Counted from the first letter of the stretch, positions 32,890 through 48,053 are shown. The stretch: DNA of 64,000 bases from the human T2T-CHM13v2.0 reference genome, Homo sapiens (GCF_009914755.1 NC_060928.1), one strand, 5' to 3'. Notes: generated by a model from the sequence alone, not told the origin. Translations and numbers: made by a program.

Positions 32890-35800
32890 CTTTCCTAAAA
32901 GGTGTTATTAATGTATAGTCAACATGCATAATGTGTAAAATTTGCTAAGGTTTAGCATGTGAATATACTCATGTGAATATTGTTATTTGCCAAGTTTTTG
33001 CAAATAACTAAAACTTGTGAATTTGCTAAATTTTAGCATGTGAATCTATAGGTGAAGGAAGCAGATCAGGTGCTTCCCATGCTTGTGTATACGTGCAGAA
33101 GCGAGGTGTGGATCATGACCCCAGTCAAGATGATGAAAATGCCATCACAACAAAGATTTTTCTCTTGCCCCTTAGTAATAGCTACTTTCTTTTTCCTCTT
33201 TTCCTGATCCACACCTCCCTTCCACACGTATACACAAGCCTGAGAAGCACCTGATCTGCTTGCTTCACTATAGATTTATTTGCACTTTCTAGACTATCGT
33301 GTCAATGGAATTATAGTTTATATACATATTTTTTCTTCTTTTTGATATTTGCTCATGTTATTGTATATATAAATAACTTTCTACTTTATTGCTTAGTCGT
33401 ATTTCATTGTGGGAAATAACACAGCTTGCATCAGTTTACCTAATGATAAACATGCTCTATCTGCATGTATTGAAATGATTGTCTTTTTGTTTGTTTTATT
33501 CTATCAATAGAGTAAGCGACATTAATTTACAAATGTTAAACTGATTAAGTATTTCTCAGATACATCCCACCTGGTAATGGTGTATTATCTTTTCTATAAA
33601 TTAATGGATTTATATTTTTCTTTTTAAAGAATTCTTGCATCTATTTTCATGAGCCAGTGCTTTTTATTTTTTGCAAATTTTTGCTTTTGTTATCTTTGTC
33701 AAGTTAATTGCTCTCATTTTTTTCTGAAATATTTGATAAGGTTTTCCAATAAAGCCACCTGATTCTGAAGTTTTCTTTGTGAACATATTTTAACTACAAA
33801 CTTGTTTTAGTATAAATGGAAATAAAGATTATATATTATCCATTTTTTTGAATGGGTTTTAGTGGTATGTGTTTTTCTTGAAACTGGCCTATTTAACATA
33901 ACTAGCTGAATTTATTAGAATAAATTTGTTTATAATGATTCTGTACTATACTTGTAATATCTGTTGTGATGACACCTGTCTCATTTCTGATATTGTAATT
34001 TCTTTTTTCTCTATTTATTTCTGATAACTCTGACTAGTGGTTTATCATCATTTTTAAGCTTCTCAAAAAAGTTAATTTTCGATAATTGTATTTTCTATTG
34101 TTTTTCTGTTTTATATTTCAATAATTTTTATTTCCTTTCTCTTGCTTATTTGGGGTTTCATCTGCTCTTTTTTTCTAGTTTGTTAGATAGAAATTGAGGT
34201 TGTTGATTTGAAGCTTTTCTCTTTTTCTGACATGGATATTTAGTGATATAATTATACCTCTAATTATTGTTAACTTATATTTCACTAATATTGACATGTC
34301 ACATTTTTATTTTCATTCAGTCCAAAAAATTCAAATTTCTTTCTAAATTATATATCTAACTCATGGAATATCTAGTATTGTGTTATGTAGTTCCTAAATA
34401 CTAATATTTGGAGATTTTCAAAATATCTTTCTACTATTAAATACTAATTCAGTGAAGATGTCTGAGGGCAGAATTTTTATGATTTGCTAATTTTTATATT
34501 GACTTGAAACTTGCTTTCTAGACTATGAAGTATTCTACCTTGGTAAATATTTCTTGAGCTATTAAAAATAATGTTATTTTTCGGTTATTGAGTAGAATAT
34601 TCTATAAAAGTTAATTAGGTCAAGTGGATTGATGTCATTGCTCAAGTCTTTTATAGCCATACTGATTTTCTGTCTACTTATTTTAAGAATTATTTAGAGA
34701 TGGATATTTAATATTCTAAATATCTTTTAAATTAAAATATTATTCTTGTATTTCTATAATTTTTTGCTTTATAAATTTTGAAACTTCATTATTGGGTGCC
34801 TAGTATTTAGGATTGATACATCTTCTTGATAAATTGACTCTTTTATCATTATAAAATGACTTTATATCCCCCATAAAATACCTTTCTCTGAAAAGAAATT
34901 CAATATTCATTTAGTCAGTACAGCTTCCTTTTTATTAGTTTAATCATAAGATATCTTTTTTATCTTTTTATTTTTCATTTGTTTATATTTTACATTTAAA
35001 ATTGGTTTCTCATAGGCAACATATAATTGATTCTTGAAATTTGTGTCTATTGTATAATCTCTGCTTTCAATTGGGGTGTTTAGATTATTTACTTTCAGTC
35101 TTATTATTGATATGTTTGGATTTAAATATACCATACAGTTATATAATTTGTACTTGTCTTCACCTTTCTCTGTTTATCTTTCTCTTTCTTCCTCCTTCAG
35201 CTTGAGTATTTTATGACTCTTTTTTATCTCTTTGTTGGATATTTAGTTAAAATTATTTTGCTAATATTAACAGTTGACTTAGAATTTATCATTTATATCT
35301 TTCATGTTTCATAATCTATTTTCAAGTTATGTTATAGCACTTATATAATATAAGAACCTTAAAAATAACATACTTTTACTTTTCCGCTTCTGACACAGGA
35401 AAATGTATGTGGCTGACATACATTTTCATCCTTTGATTTTCTGCTTTATAGTTAATTTAAATTTAGAAAATATCAAATTCTTTCTATTTTCCTTTTTCTC
35501 TCTTCTCATTTGAATTCTTCAGTCACAAATATATGAGGCCACTTGAAACTTTCCCAGAACTCACTAATATTCTCCTCATTTTATTTCAATCTTTTTTCTC
35601 TGTTTTTGTTTTTTTTTCTGTTTTTGCAGTTTCCCTTGCGATATATATTTTCAAATTTATTAATGCACAAATATTCTATCTATTCTTTAGCAATATCTGA
35701 TTTGCTATTAATCCTACTCAGTGTATTTTCAGACATTGCAGCTTTTTTGGTAATTGTTCTATTTGGATTTTTAAATATTTAACAAGTATCTAGCTTCTTA

Positions 35801-36790
35801 AATATATGGAATGAAGTTAGGGTAAAAGAAAAAACTTTATACAAATTAAATTTAGCAGAGTTTATTTGAACAAAAAACAATTCATGATTGGACAACACTC
35901 AGAACTAGAAACATTGAGAGAGAGCTGCCCCGCAGTGTGAACAAAGAACTTTTCAAAGGTCAAAAACAGAAGCAAAGTAGAAAAGTCATCAAATTGGCCA
36001 AACCTAGTCATCTGTCTTATTTGGGCATAGTGTGATGAGTTGGCCGTCTGACATTTGCTGAAACCTGACTACTTCTGATAGGCTGGAACTCAGCTGTTTG
36101 TTATACTCCTAAATTAGTTTTTGGTTTATTTAAGTGCTAAATTTGATTGCAGATTGTTATGTAGAAACCCTAACTAAAGTTATAGCCTCTGGCTAAGGGC
36201 CTTCTGCTTAATGAATTTAACAGAATTTAATTAAATTTAAATTTAATTTACAATTAATAATACATTATTAAATTTATTATTAATTAAATCATATTAATTA
36301 TATTGTATTGTATTAAATTTAATAATAAATTAAACAGAATTTAATGAATTTAATAAAAACATAATAATTGTTTTAAGGTTTTTGTCTACTACTTCTATAA
36401 TCCCTGTTATTTCTGGGTTGATTTCATTTGGCTAATTTTTCTCATAATTATGGACTTGTTTTTTTGTATACCTGCTAATGTTTAATGTGATGCTAGATAT
36501 TTTGAATTATAGCTTGGTTGGCACTAGGTATTTCTGTATTCTCCAGAATATTATTGAGCTTAATTCTTAGACCTAGTTCAGACCCTTTTGAGTCTTTTCT
36601 TTAAAATCTGTTATTAGGGTACAGAGTTTTTACTCTAGCGCAAATTTTCACCAATACTGAGTATTTCAAAATACTTCTTAGCCTCTACCCAGTGTCCCAT
36701 AAATTATGAAGATTTTCACTCTGGCTGATGGCAAAAGTAACTATTCTTTGTCTGTTGAGGTGTGGGTATTGTTCTGTCTACTACTATTGA
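32890..36790 (-). mobile_element. Fragmented ancient L1M (L1MC/MD/ME-like)
   Basis: Antisense 3' end (CTGATCTGCTT..CACTATAGATT) and T-rich ORF2. The minus ORF 34940-35134 resembles the L1 endonuclease N-terminus (ISII.L.VN.LN.PI). Confidence 0.65.
35822..36222 (-). mobile_element. ERV1 LTR (MER57/MER93-like) nested in the L1
   Basis: AAATTAAATTTAGCAGAGTTTATTTGAAC..ATTCATGA motif, ending AATTTAACA. Confidence 0.55.
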
Positions 36791-38464
36791 TGATGTCAGA
36801 TATGTTGCTTTTAAAAAATGAATGCATATTTATGTTAACTAATAACCATATTTTGCTGGTTTTAGGGTTTCACTTGTGTATACCACTCTTCTCTGATTTC
36901 TTACATTAAAATAAATTATTGGTTTAAATATAGAAAATTTATATATCTAAAGATTATATAAATAGTAAATAAATACCATTCATTTCCAAAAAGTTGTTCC
37001 ATACTTAAGAAAATATTGTCTAGTTAGTTAAAATTGAGTGTAAGAGAAGGAATTTGAAATCTTTGTCTGATATATACATGTTATATCAATGGAAGATCCA
37101 AGATCAAAATAAAAATAACCTGATTTATCCTTCATCATTTTGTCTAAAAATTAGACTAACTTCTTAGATCATGTATCTTGAGTGTTTTCCCAATACCAAG
37201 AAAAGGCAATCATAACAAAAAACTAAACTATATAGCACTCTGCTCTTTTGTGTGGGTGGATGATTTTAATCCTAAATAAAATGAAGAGTGAAGGCATTGA
37301 GATGATCAAAGACAGGTAATTCAAGCCTGCTTTTCAGAAACCTGAATCTTGAGAGTTAAGAGCAAAAAAATAATTCCACAAGCTAATTTCTTTGTATCTT
37401 TTGTCTTTGTGCCTATTCAATTTCTCCTTTTGCATGTGTTTACATTTACATTTATTTATTTGTTCTCATTTTGTAATTTTCCATCGTGCTTTAAATTTGT
37501 TTTGTCCTTTTCTAATTGTTTCTTTCTCTGTGTGTCCTTTTCTTAATTTGCCATTCTCTTTATCTGGTCTTTGCAAATACTCATCTTAAATCTGTATAAT
37601 TGCATTGATTTCATCATAAAAATCAATAAATATTTATCCAAAATAAGGTACTGCCTTAAACATTAGCTTCAAAAATTAAGTAGATTGAACTATTTTAGTG
37701 ATAAAATGGAACCAACTGTAGTAACCACATTTACTTTTATCTCTTTTTGTCTAAGCTAATGAATCTTCTGCTGAAATCCAACTTTAATTATTGGTTTTCC
37801 AAGAATCCAAGAAATTATCATTTTAAATTAAGTAGCAAAGAAATCTTTATTTAAAACAAGCAAGTCAGAGAAAGTAGATCTAATATTTTTTCCCAAATTA
37901 GTTTAGCTAGTCCATTTCTACAGCACGGCTGTTTTCTCCATCATAGTTAATTGATCTAGGAAGAGAGACAGTAATGGTAAACTTTTAAGCAATATCCTTT
38001 TGGAGAAATTACCTTAAAATAGATATGATTTCAAAAATAAATTAAGGTCTTTTTCTTCTTTTAGGAGAATTCATACCAGTTTGACACCATTTTAAAGTGT
38101 CATTAAGCTGCATCTTCACACAGTGACAAGGGATGTAACTATTTAGCAACAATATCTCAGAAAATATGCTTAAAAATATTCAGTGAAGTTTTGTTTATAA
38201 AATGAATAAAATGTTTGAATAAATGAGCCAAAAACAACATAGAAAATAATCAAGGCTCACTATTGTCTCATTATTTATATTTGCTATCTTGACCCTATAT
38301 GCTACCCAAAAATATATTTTAGTATCCTAGGTATTACTTATTGGCCTGCATTTAAATTATTCCTGTGGTAATTGAATTATATATACATAATATATATGTT
38401 ATAATTATATATGAAAATTTATAAAATTTATATAAATATAAATTTTTATATTTACATAAATTAA

Positions 38465-38827
<363 letters not shown>

Positions 38828-39369
38828 ATGAATTATATTTATTTTTATGATTTCTTCAAAGTATTAAATAGAGAGGTGGAATAAATAATGATTGTTCAAG
38901 AGTGGTCATATTTCAATCAATATAGGTAAATTCCATATGCCATTTACGTCCCTACTACAAGGCCAGGCAATTACTCCATTTTTGCTCCCAGATTACACTG
39001 GCAAATCTCAAGGACACCACATGATGTACAGCAAATACTCCTTAAAACTTGACAGTGGACTTTTGTTCTTTTCCTTTGTTTTCTTCCTAACTTGAACATT
39101 CCTTGCATTGATCAGTTTAGCTTCAGGAAATACTTGGCTCAATAGTATAAATTTCCTTTGTTTGAATTTGAAAAACTAAATAATGATTCTTTACCTTGTG
39201 GTTAAACTCTAATCCCATAGAAGGATGTCCTCAGACAATCGTCCCATACAGCACACCTTGGGTATAAAGTATCATAATCCTGCACTATTCCAGGTGAAAG
39301 ACATGGTAAGCATCTATCCTTTTTATCCCCATAATCCTCCCCGTGCTTGTAAACCATAAATTAAGAATG

Positions 39370-39615
39370 CAAGATTTGCTGTCACACTGCTTGTGCTCGA
39401 ATCACAGTTCAACCAGCTGTTTGCTATATGACCTTGAACAAGTTACAGAAAGTCAACTTTTCTGTGGCTCAGTTTTCTTATCTCAAAAATGTGGATGTTA
39501 ACATTGCTTATTACAAAGAATTGTTGTAAAATTAAATTAGTTAATGCATGAACAACAACTTAGAATAGTGTATATTGCACAATAAAGTCCATATGAGCTT
39601 TTGCTATTATTATTA
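39370..39615 (+). mobile_element. MIR
   Basis: TATGACCTTGAACAAGTTAC...CTCAGTTTTCTTATCT..AAAATG. Confidence 0.7.
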
Positions 39616-41233
39616 TTCCTGTGGTAGGGTTTCTAGTTTATTCTAGTGTATGAACATCATTATATATTATATAGATTAAACACATTATACACCTCTATAA
39701 TTTAGCTATATGAAAACAAGGAGACACCATTCATTTCTTCCATAGAGATTCACTACAAATTATACTAGGGACATGTACTAAAACAATGTGGCATAAATAA
39801 AATTGGACAAGGTAAAATCATGTACAATAAGCTTATCTCCAGGTGAACCCTAGATTTTACTTTGTCCTTTGGAGGTACCATACAATAAGTTACCAACATA
39901 AGCAAATATTTCCCTGGTCACTTTAAATTTAAAAGAAGGATATTGTCAACAAAAATTTTGGCACAGGCTTAACACATACTATGTGCTGAACAAATATCAG
40001 GTTTCTTTCTTTTTTTTTCTTTTACCCTGGGAATATATAAATGAAAATCATAGGTACACATTTTCCATTTGACCTGGCTCATCATCGGCATTATTGACAC
40101 TAGGCATTGTCTGCTTATTCCCCAAAATAAAAACTACAGATTAAAGGAGGATGGACAAATGAGATTTGTACATAGAAAGCAATGCAATGGAAAGTAGAGT
40201 AAAATATAAGGGAGGAAGTTTGAGGCAAAAGAAAGAACCAGGGGTCATATCGGCCTTCAAGAGTGCAATTGCTGTGATACTGCACATTGAATGATGGAGG
40301 TCAGAACTAGTGTGGTGGCAATGACAATACTAAGGGAGAATGTTCATCATATTCATGATAGTTCTGAAGTTCAGACTAGGAAGATTTGGGGAACTGAAAA
40401 ATAAAATTGGTGATTTGTAATTATGTTGAGTTTTTAATGATGCTTTGATAACCAAACATAATCATCGTGAAGGCAGTTGGCCTGGAACTGAAGTTAAAAT
40501 ATAAAAGGAGGACCATAATACTCATCATTTCCTACAGAAATATGGCAAAAAAGAAGAGTCCAGAAAGAATAAGACTTAGAATTAGTGTATTGTTCAAATT
40601 ATAGAATCTATTGAAGGTTGTCCTAGGAATGAAAGCATGATTAGCAATATCAGAAGAAAAATAGAGAAAAGGTATGAATTAGCCTTGCACAGAGAACATG
40701 TTAGAAAGCTTTGGTATGTGAAATAAATTCACTTTATTTTGGAAGATATTTCTCATCATAGGTATATGTAGTATAAAGGACAATATACATCATCTGTAAT
40801 TGGCATTTTAAAGGAAGGCAGGAGAGATATATTTACTAATTTGGGAACTAAAAGTAAATTCAGACTTAAAATGCAACATAATTTATAAATAACTAACTTA
40901 CTCTTGGAAAGAAACATAATATCCTTATAATTTCCAGTCTTAGTTAAAGTGTTGAGTGCTGGAAGTAACTATTTAGTCAGTTCCCTGACATTATTAATTT
41001 ATTACATAATCTCTGAAAGTTCCTAAATTCTAAGTGCTAACATATATATAGGCATCACATGCAAGACTAAGTAAACACTGGAATAAAAAGAACAAAAAAA
41101 GCAGCAAGAGTGAAGTGGACAGAGAAAAAAAATGCATATACCTGTGGCCCAATATCAGCCAAAGTTATTACCAATGTTCTGTGGCAGCATCTAAATTGTC
41201 TATCCTCACCTTGTGGCAAAACATGTATTCTAC

Positions 41234-41518
41234 TTTTGAGACAGAGTTTTGCTCTTGTTGCCCAGGTTGGAGTGCAATGACACAATCTTGGCTCACTGCA
41301 ACTCTGCCTCCCAGGTTTAAGCGATTCTCCTGCCTCAGCCTCCCCAGTAGCTGGGATTACAGGCATGTGCCACCACACCTGGCTAATTTTATATTTTTAG
41401 TAGAGACAGGGTTTCTCCATGTTGGTCAGGCTGGTCTCGAACTCCCAACCTCAGGTGATCCGCCTGACTCGGCCTCCCAAAGTGCTGGGATTACAGGCGT
41501 GAGCCACTGTACTTGGCC
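41234..41518 (-). mobile_element. AluSp-like element, almost tailless
   Basis: GCTCTTGTTGCCCAGG, TGCAATG and TTCTCCATGTTGGTCAGG diagnostics. Confidence 0.92.
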
Positions 41519-42519
41519 TTAACACTAGCTAGCAAAAACAGATCATGGAAATTTCGTTTTATCTTTCACTACATTGTTTTTTATCAGTTTCTAATTTTAA
41601 TGGATATAAGTTGTACATGTCATCACCCACAGTTATTCTTAGTAGCAATTAAGGGAATACAATTGTCCTACATTATATTAATAATTTAGTGAAGTTTCAA
41701 AAGAGAACCGAAATAAAAACACTGAGTCAATTGATATTATTTCACTGGGCAATTGAATCAAACTACAAAATTGTATCATACTACTAATTTTATGTGGCAA
41801 TTCTTACAAAATCATGTTAGTATTAGCATTCAAGTGAGTGCATTATTTTCAAAGCAGTTCGAATTATAGAAAGATATTTTATTTTTATAACAAATAATTT
41901 GGATTAACATTATTTTAGAAACAATCATTTTAGGTCTTTGATGTGAAAAGGGAGAAACCAAATCAAGAATTTAACAGGTAAGACCAGCCTACATCAATAC
42001 CTAGTATGTCATTGTTTTAGAAATTGAAATCAATTTGTAAGGCATAAATATGTGGCTATGTATACTTGGAAATACTCTTCAGTTATTAGCAATAAATTAT
42101 ATTAAGTCAATATAATAAGGGAACGTGAACAAGGTTAGCAACATATTAGGAGAAAAAAACAATAATGAGGGAGAAACTATGGAATATTCATATTCTTGCA
42201 TCCAAAGTAAATGAAGTTAATCAAGAATATACCTGGTGTTCGATAAATAGCAGAGCCTGGCTAATTCTAAACCATGAATTCAACGTTCTCAGTTTCTCTA
42301 GTTAATAACTCACCTCAGATGTGAAAACACATTGGAAAAAGTCCCACTTGAATACCTAAAAGTCTCTTCTCTGGGAACATTTCTAGGGGTTTTGTAGCTA
42401 TAATGTTAAAGAAGAATTACATTGGAATTTTGAAGAAGTGTCAGTGGAAGATAAAAAATGAGATTACATGATTTTGTTTACCACTTTCTATCTCATTCAT
42501 AATTTTCTAACCACACGAA

Positions 42520-42860
42520 TGCCCTTCCTTCCATGTCAGACCTCTATGCTTTTTGGTCTTTCTATTAGGATGCTCTTCCTCAGAGATTTTTGTGACTTTA
42601 TAGCTGTTAGTCCAATATGTCTGAAGCACCTATGAAAAGTCTTCCTTGATAACTCCATCTAAATAAACACAAAATCACTTTCCAATCCCTTATCCTGCTT
42701 TATCTTTCTTCATAGATCGCATCACTATCTTATTCTGTGTATCTAATTATCTATCTACCTATATCTATCATCTATTTGTGCCTATTCCACTAGAATTAAT
42801 GCTCCATGAGAACAGAGATTTTGTCTAGTTCATTCATTCCTGTACTTGTAAACTTAGCTC
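42520..42860 (+). mobile_element. L2 3' region
   Basis: CCACTAGAATTAATGCTCCATGAGAACAGAGATTTTGTCT. Confidence 0.65.
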
Positions 42861-43020
42861 CCATATGCATATAGATTCATGATGGGGCATTTTGAAGATG
42901 ATAATAAACAAATAGTATTAATATACTATTTATAATTATTTGATATTAATTATGTATACTGGTATACTAATAACATCCAACTCAAATAATTTTCAAATAA
43001 GAAGTTTTAAAAATAAAGAT

Positions 43021-43345
43021 GGCTGGATGCAGTGGCTCACATCTGAAATCTCAGCAGTTCGGGAGGCTGAGGTAGGGGGATCACTTGAGCCCAGGAGTTC
43101 AAGACCAGCCTAGGCAACATAGTGAGACTCTGACTCTACCGAAAAAAAAATTGCCTGGTGGGGTGGTGCACAGTTGTAGTCCAAGATACTCGAGAGGCTG
43201 AGGTGGGAGGCTGAAGTTGGAGGCTGAGGTGGGAGAGTTGCTTGAGCCCAGGAGATCAAGGATGCAGTGAGCTGTGATCATACCACTGCACTTAAGCCTG
43301 GGTGACAGAACGATATCCTGTCTCAAAAAAAAAAAAAAGAAAATT
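43021..43345 (+). mobile_element. AluJ with an internal 13-bp triplication
   Basis: TTGAGCCCAGGAG in both arms. GAGGCTGAGGTGG-type unit repeated three times at about 43195-43233. Confidence 0.9.
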
Positions 43346-44989
43346 AATAAATAAAAGAGATAAAAAATATTTACTATTTATTCTTAATTAGCATAAAGGC
43401 CTATAACAATTGTAGATATTATTAAACATGTTTTGTTTTCAAAGTAAGAGAAGAGTACTATGTGTAGATCACATATTATCTCAGAGGAAGTCATTTCATT
43501 TGGAAGTTCTTCATTTTTATTATCCATATGGGTAGAGAGTCTAGGTGAACAATGCCATTCTCCAGCTAGCCTCATTCCATAAAGTTAATTTCACATAAGC
43601 AATTTAAAGAGTATAATCTAAAGAGATTTGATTAAAACATTTTTAGGTAAGAACTTCCTAGGTCATCTTCTTGTTAATCTAAAGGAATTCTGCTAAAGCT
43701 ACCTTTACCAGAATTTAGCAGTATCCTTCCTCCCTCCCTGTAAATATTAAGTTCAGTCCCTCACTACATTAGTGGTTTCATCAAGTGCAAAATAATGTGT
43801 TATCATTCACTCTCTCTCTGCATGGATTGAGCAAACCAATGTTTGTCATTTCATCAAACAAGTTAACCAATTGTACTGATCTGAATAAAGTACTTTCATC
43901 AGCATTCCAATTCTCCTCTGAGCTAGCAACTGGATATTGATGGCATGTATATCTGACACACTTTGATTTCCACAGGAACTGCCTTAAATGAGTATTCTAC
44001 AGGATAATTTTTTTTTTTAATTTTAAAACTCATTTGCCTAAACACATCACAATGTCATTGACTTCTGGTTAATGGTGGTCGATATCCAAATATGTTTCTT
44101 ATGCAGTAGCCTAATTGCTAAGCACATTTAAGACTTTTATCTCTGCCTATTTTGTAGATTTATCCTCATTTTTTCCACTAGAATTTCATTATCTGCAAGT
44201 TTGTCACCATTCATAACTTTGAATTTAGGAACACCTATCAGTTAACAAAGTAGCATGTTTTTGTTTGGCTGGGTTGAATTCAGACCACCCAGTGAAAGCA
44301 GCAGGCTGACCATCCAAGGGCTGTATCACTGACCACAAGACAGTGAGGCACCTGGATAATCAATTGCTCCAGAAATTTCCCCTGTCAAATACTCTTGAAT
44401 ATGTCATTTCCAATTTATCAATAAACTCTCCTGAGCTAGTTCATCACAACTCAGTTATTTATTTACTGTTTTTTGCATTACCCAGAATTATCTGATGCTC
44501 TTCCTCGGGGAAAGCAGTCTTTTCTCTTCCCACACTAAGTCATATTTGAGCAGTTTACTTTCACTAAGAATATAATGACCAGCCCCATTGGGCAGCTTTA
44601 ACTCTAAGGCCCCAGCAGTCTCCGCTGAAGACCATTATTTGATTTCCTTAGCTCTAAGGCTTGTGTTCTAGACTGAAATACTTTTGAAATCATTTGTGCG
44701 AACAGATTGTAAGGCTGAGTGACTCAGCCTAAGCCACAGACTTCTGAAAATCTGTGATGGTGTCTGTACTGGACTGTATTTAAATCAGATTTTTTTCGGA
44801 GGACTTTTGAATATGGCCCAATAGTATTCTAAATAGGAATAGAGTTCATCAGATCCTGTACAATCTTACCAGGCTCTGAACATCCCCAGTGGCAAGGTCA
44901 GTATAATACTTTATTTCTCACAATTCAGGGAATGATTAAGAAAAAAAAAAGTTTAAAAACTACTTATGGGGAAGGTGATATACAGAAAG

Positions 44990-45380
44990 TTTGAGAAACA
45001 ATGGTCTATAACTTTTATTTTTGTATATAGGTATCCATTTTTTTTCTGTACCACTTATTGGAAAGGCTACTCTTTCTGCATTACTCAAACTTGGCACCTT
45101 TTTCAAATAGTTCCAATTATGTGCATATATATGTGTGTGTATGTATGTATCTAGGAATATATATTGATCTATTACTGGACTCTCTTCTGTCCCATTAATC
45201 TATATTTTCATACTTGCACCAATACTAGGCAGTAATTTGAAAGCAGGAGGTTTAAGTCTTCCAACTTCTTTCTTCTTCAAAATAAGTTATCTATTCTAGG
45301 TTCTTTGAATTTTCATATAAATATTAGAATGTTTGACATTAAAAAAAAACCTGGTGAGATATTGGTTAGAAAACTCATCA
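44990..45380 (-). mobile_element. Old L1M fragment
   Basis: CACCACTTATTGGAAAGGCT, CTGGACTCTC..CTGTCCCATT and TTCCAACTT motifs. Confidence 0.6.
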
Positions 45381-46773
45381 ATCTTTGGTACCTTGTAGAA
45401 TATTGCTTTTACAGGTAAGCCAAGATAAGACAATATTCAGAAGGCAATAACTGACAGGCTGACTAGTTACCATGATTAGGATTAAATGATGAAAAAAAGA
45501 TTTGTGTAATCTGAAAGAAAGGCAGTATTAAGGGAAAATAGAAAAGACTGGTTCTCCTGTTTCCTTCAATATTTCATTTCCTGAAGAATAAAGTCTAGAA
45601 AAGAGTCAGGCCTGCCTTCTTCACAAATTTACCAGTGTATAAATCATACTCTTTTCCAGAAAAGTAACGAATAAAGGCACATAAAGGGTGAGAAAATGTG
45701 ACTTCAGGGAAAAATTCTTCCTTTGGAAAACAGAAGGTAGAAAAAAAATTTATATCACTCCATAATTCAGAAGTTTCCTGAATAATATTGCCTCATGGCA
45801 ATATTATTATTTGTCCAAAAATAGTTATAATCTCAGCTAACCCAGGGAAACATCTTGGCTCTTTTCTGTTATTTCACGTTACTTTCAATTTTGCTTCACT
45901 TCATACCGACATTACATAAATAAGGGATGGTCAGAAATCTTTTTTCTTTTATATTAATATTGACTAAATTCATATATATAGATAATTTTCTGTAAAATCA
46001 CAAAGATATTCTTCCAAATTATATAATATTGTATTTCACTTTCCTCAAAATAAGTATAGTTTGATTGTTACATAAAATTTAGTTATGGATATGGAGAAGA
46101 ACTAGGAAAGAACAATTTTTAAATTAAAATTATCTTGTCAGAATGATGGGAATACAGCTAGATTTTTTTAACGTTTTATATTGCTGCAAGTTGCTTGTGT
46201 AAATATTTTCACAAAAGCAGATTCTCAAACTTTTAGAATTCATTTAAGATGAAAATGACAGGCAAAACATGGTTTATTCACTATAGGCTTAAAAATTATT
46301 TCAACACTGCTACGTTGAAAAGGTACGACTTGTGCTTCATAGGATAGACGGTGCACTGAGGAACAGTTAAAATGATCTGATAAGGTGAGCAAAATACTTT
46401 TTCGGAGAATAATGATAAATTTTCAACAAAAGCAAAACTTGTGAAGGTTACCAGACATTTTATATGTCATGAAAAGTAATTTGTGACAGAACAGCCAAAT
46501 GGGACAGTGAAAATTGCAAGTTTTCCTCTATATATCGGAAGCTTAACAATGAAGAGAACTATACAGTAGGGAAATAATGGATCAGAACATATAATTTATA
46601 GGAGCACAGGTAAGTTTATCAAAAATATTTAGTGATGAATTATAGATACACGAAATTTATCATTCTTACCTAAGTAAACAGCCAAATATATTTAAAACAC
46701 AGTATAAATACCAACAAGCCTTGTTATTTAATACTGCATAAAACATTTATACTATGGAGTGATAAAATGAGTC

Positions 46774-47066
46774 TTTTTTTTTTTTTTTGAGACGGAGTCT
46801 CGCTCTGTCGCCCAGCCTGGAGTGCAGTGGTGCAATCTCGGCTCACTGCAAGCTCCGCCTCCCAGGTTCACGCCATTCTCCTGCCTCAGCCTCCTGAGCA
46901 GCTGGGACTACAGGCGCCCACCGCCACGCCCAGCTAATTTTTTGTATTTTTAGTAGAGACGGGGTCTCACTGTAGCCAGGATGGTCTCGATCTCCTGACC
47001 TCGTGATCCTTCCACCTCAGCCTCCCAAAGTGCTAGGATTACAGGTGTGAGCCACCGCGCCTGACT
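46774..47066 (-). mobile_element. AluY
   Basis: GCAAGCTCCGCC..GGTTCACGCCATTCTCC diagnostics, many CpGs, and TSD TAAAATGAGTCTTT (46763 and 47067). Confidence 0.95.
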
Positions 47067-47580
47067 TAAAATGAGTCTTTATGAAACGATGTAGGTAAAA
47101 GGTTAAATTAAACTCAGGGAACAAACTTATGGCCTGTTCTTTTACATATGCTCTGAGGACAATGTACATATTTAGTCTTTTATAACTCAAAGAAGCACCA
47201 TATTCTCAAAAAATTATTTGACTTGCTAGTGTTTCAATGGTCAGTGAAATAAAAGGTGATGGAGGAATCCAACAGCACTAAAATTTCCTAAATAAGTGAG
47301 ATTCATAGTTATATTGAATGAGCAAGTTTTGTTGAACTTTCTTGTTTAGGGTTTTTAAACAAATTATTAGCTGCAGCCAGATACAATGCATGGTTTTATC
47401 TTTAACAGTAATTAGTTTTGTCACTATTTTTTGTGATCTTAATTTGTAAACTTTTCTCTGGGTTATGGTTTCATCAACAAAATATAAGAGCTAAAATTAT
47501 ATGTTACAAAGTTACATTATCAAAAATGATTAGGGGTGAATTATAGACACGTGAAATTAATCATATATTGTTAGCTAAGT

Positions 47581-48051
47581 TGCTGGGAACAGGCCCCCAA
47601 ATCTGGCCATAAACAGGCCCCAAAACTGGCCATAAACAAAATCTCTGCAGCACTGTGACATGTTCATGATGGCTATGATGCCCAGGCTGAAGGCTGTGGG
47701 TTAACCGGAATGAGGGCAAGGAACACCTGGCCCACCCAGGGTGGAAAACCACTTAAGGCATTCCTGAACCACAAACAATAGCAATCTGTGCCTTAAGGAC
47801 ATGTTCCTGCTGCAGATAACTAACCGGAACCCATCCCTTTGTTTCCCGTTTTAATCTATAATCTATAGAAACAATGCTTATCACTGGCTTGCTGTCAATA
47901 AATATATGGGTAAAACTCAGTTCATGGCTCTCAGCTTTGAAGGCTGTCAGCCCCCCAATTTCCCACTCCGCACTCTATATTTCTGTGTGTGTATCTTTAC
48001 TTCCTCTAGCACCACTGGGTTAGGGTCTCCATGACTGAGCTGGTCCTGGCA
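47581..48051 (+). mobile_element. 5' LTR (MER9 family)
   Basis: Starts TGCTGGGAACAGGCCCCC, ends CCTGGCA. AATAAA at 47897-47902. About 92% identical to 54272-54724 by manual count. Confidence 0.93.
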
Positions 48052-48053
48052 AG

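Noticed and set aside
36222-36360. AT-only stretch with short palindromes
   Set aside because: Low complexity, so such symmetry is expected by chance.
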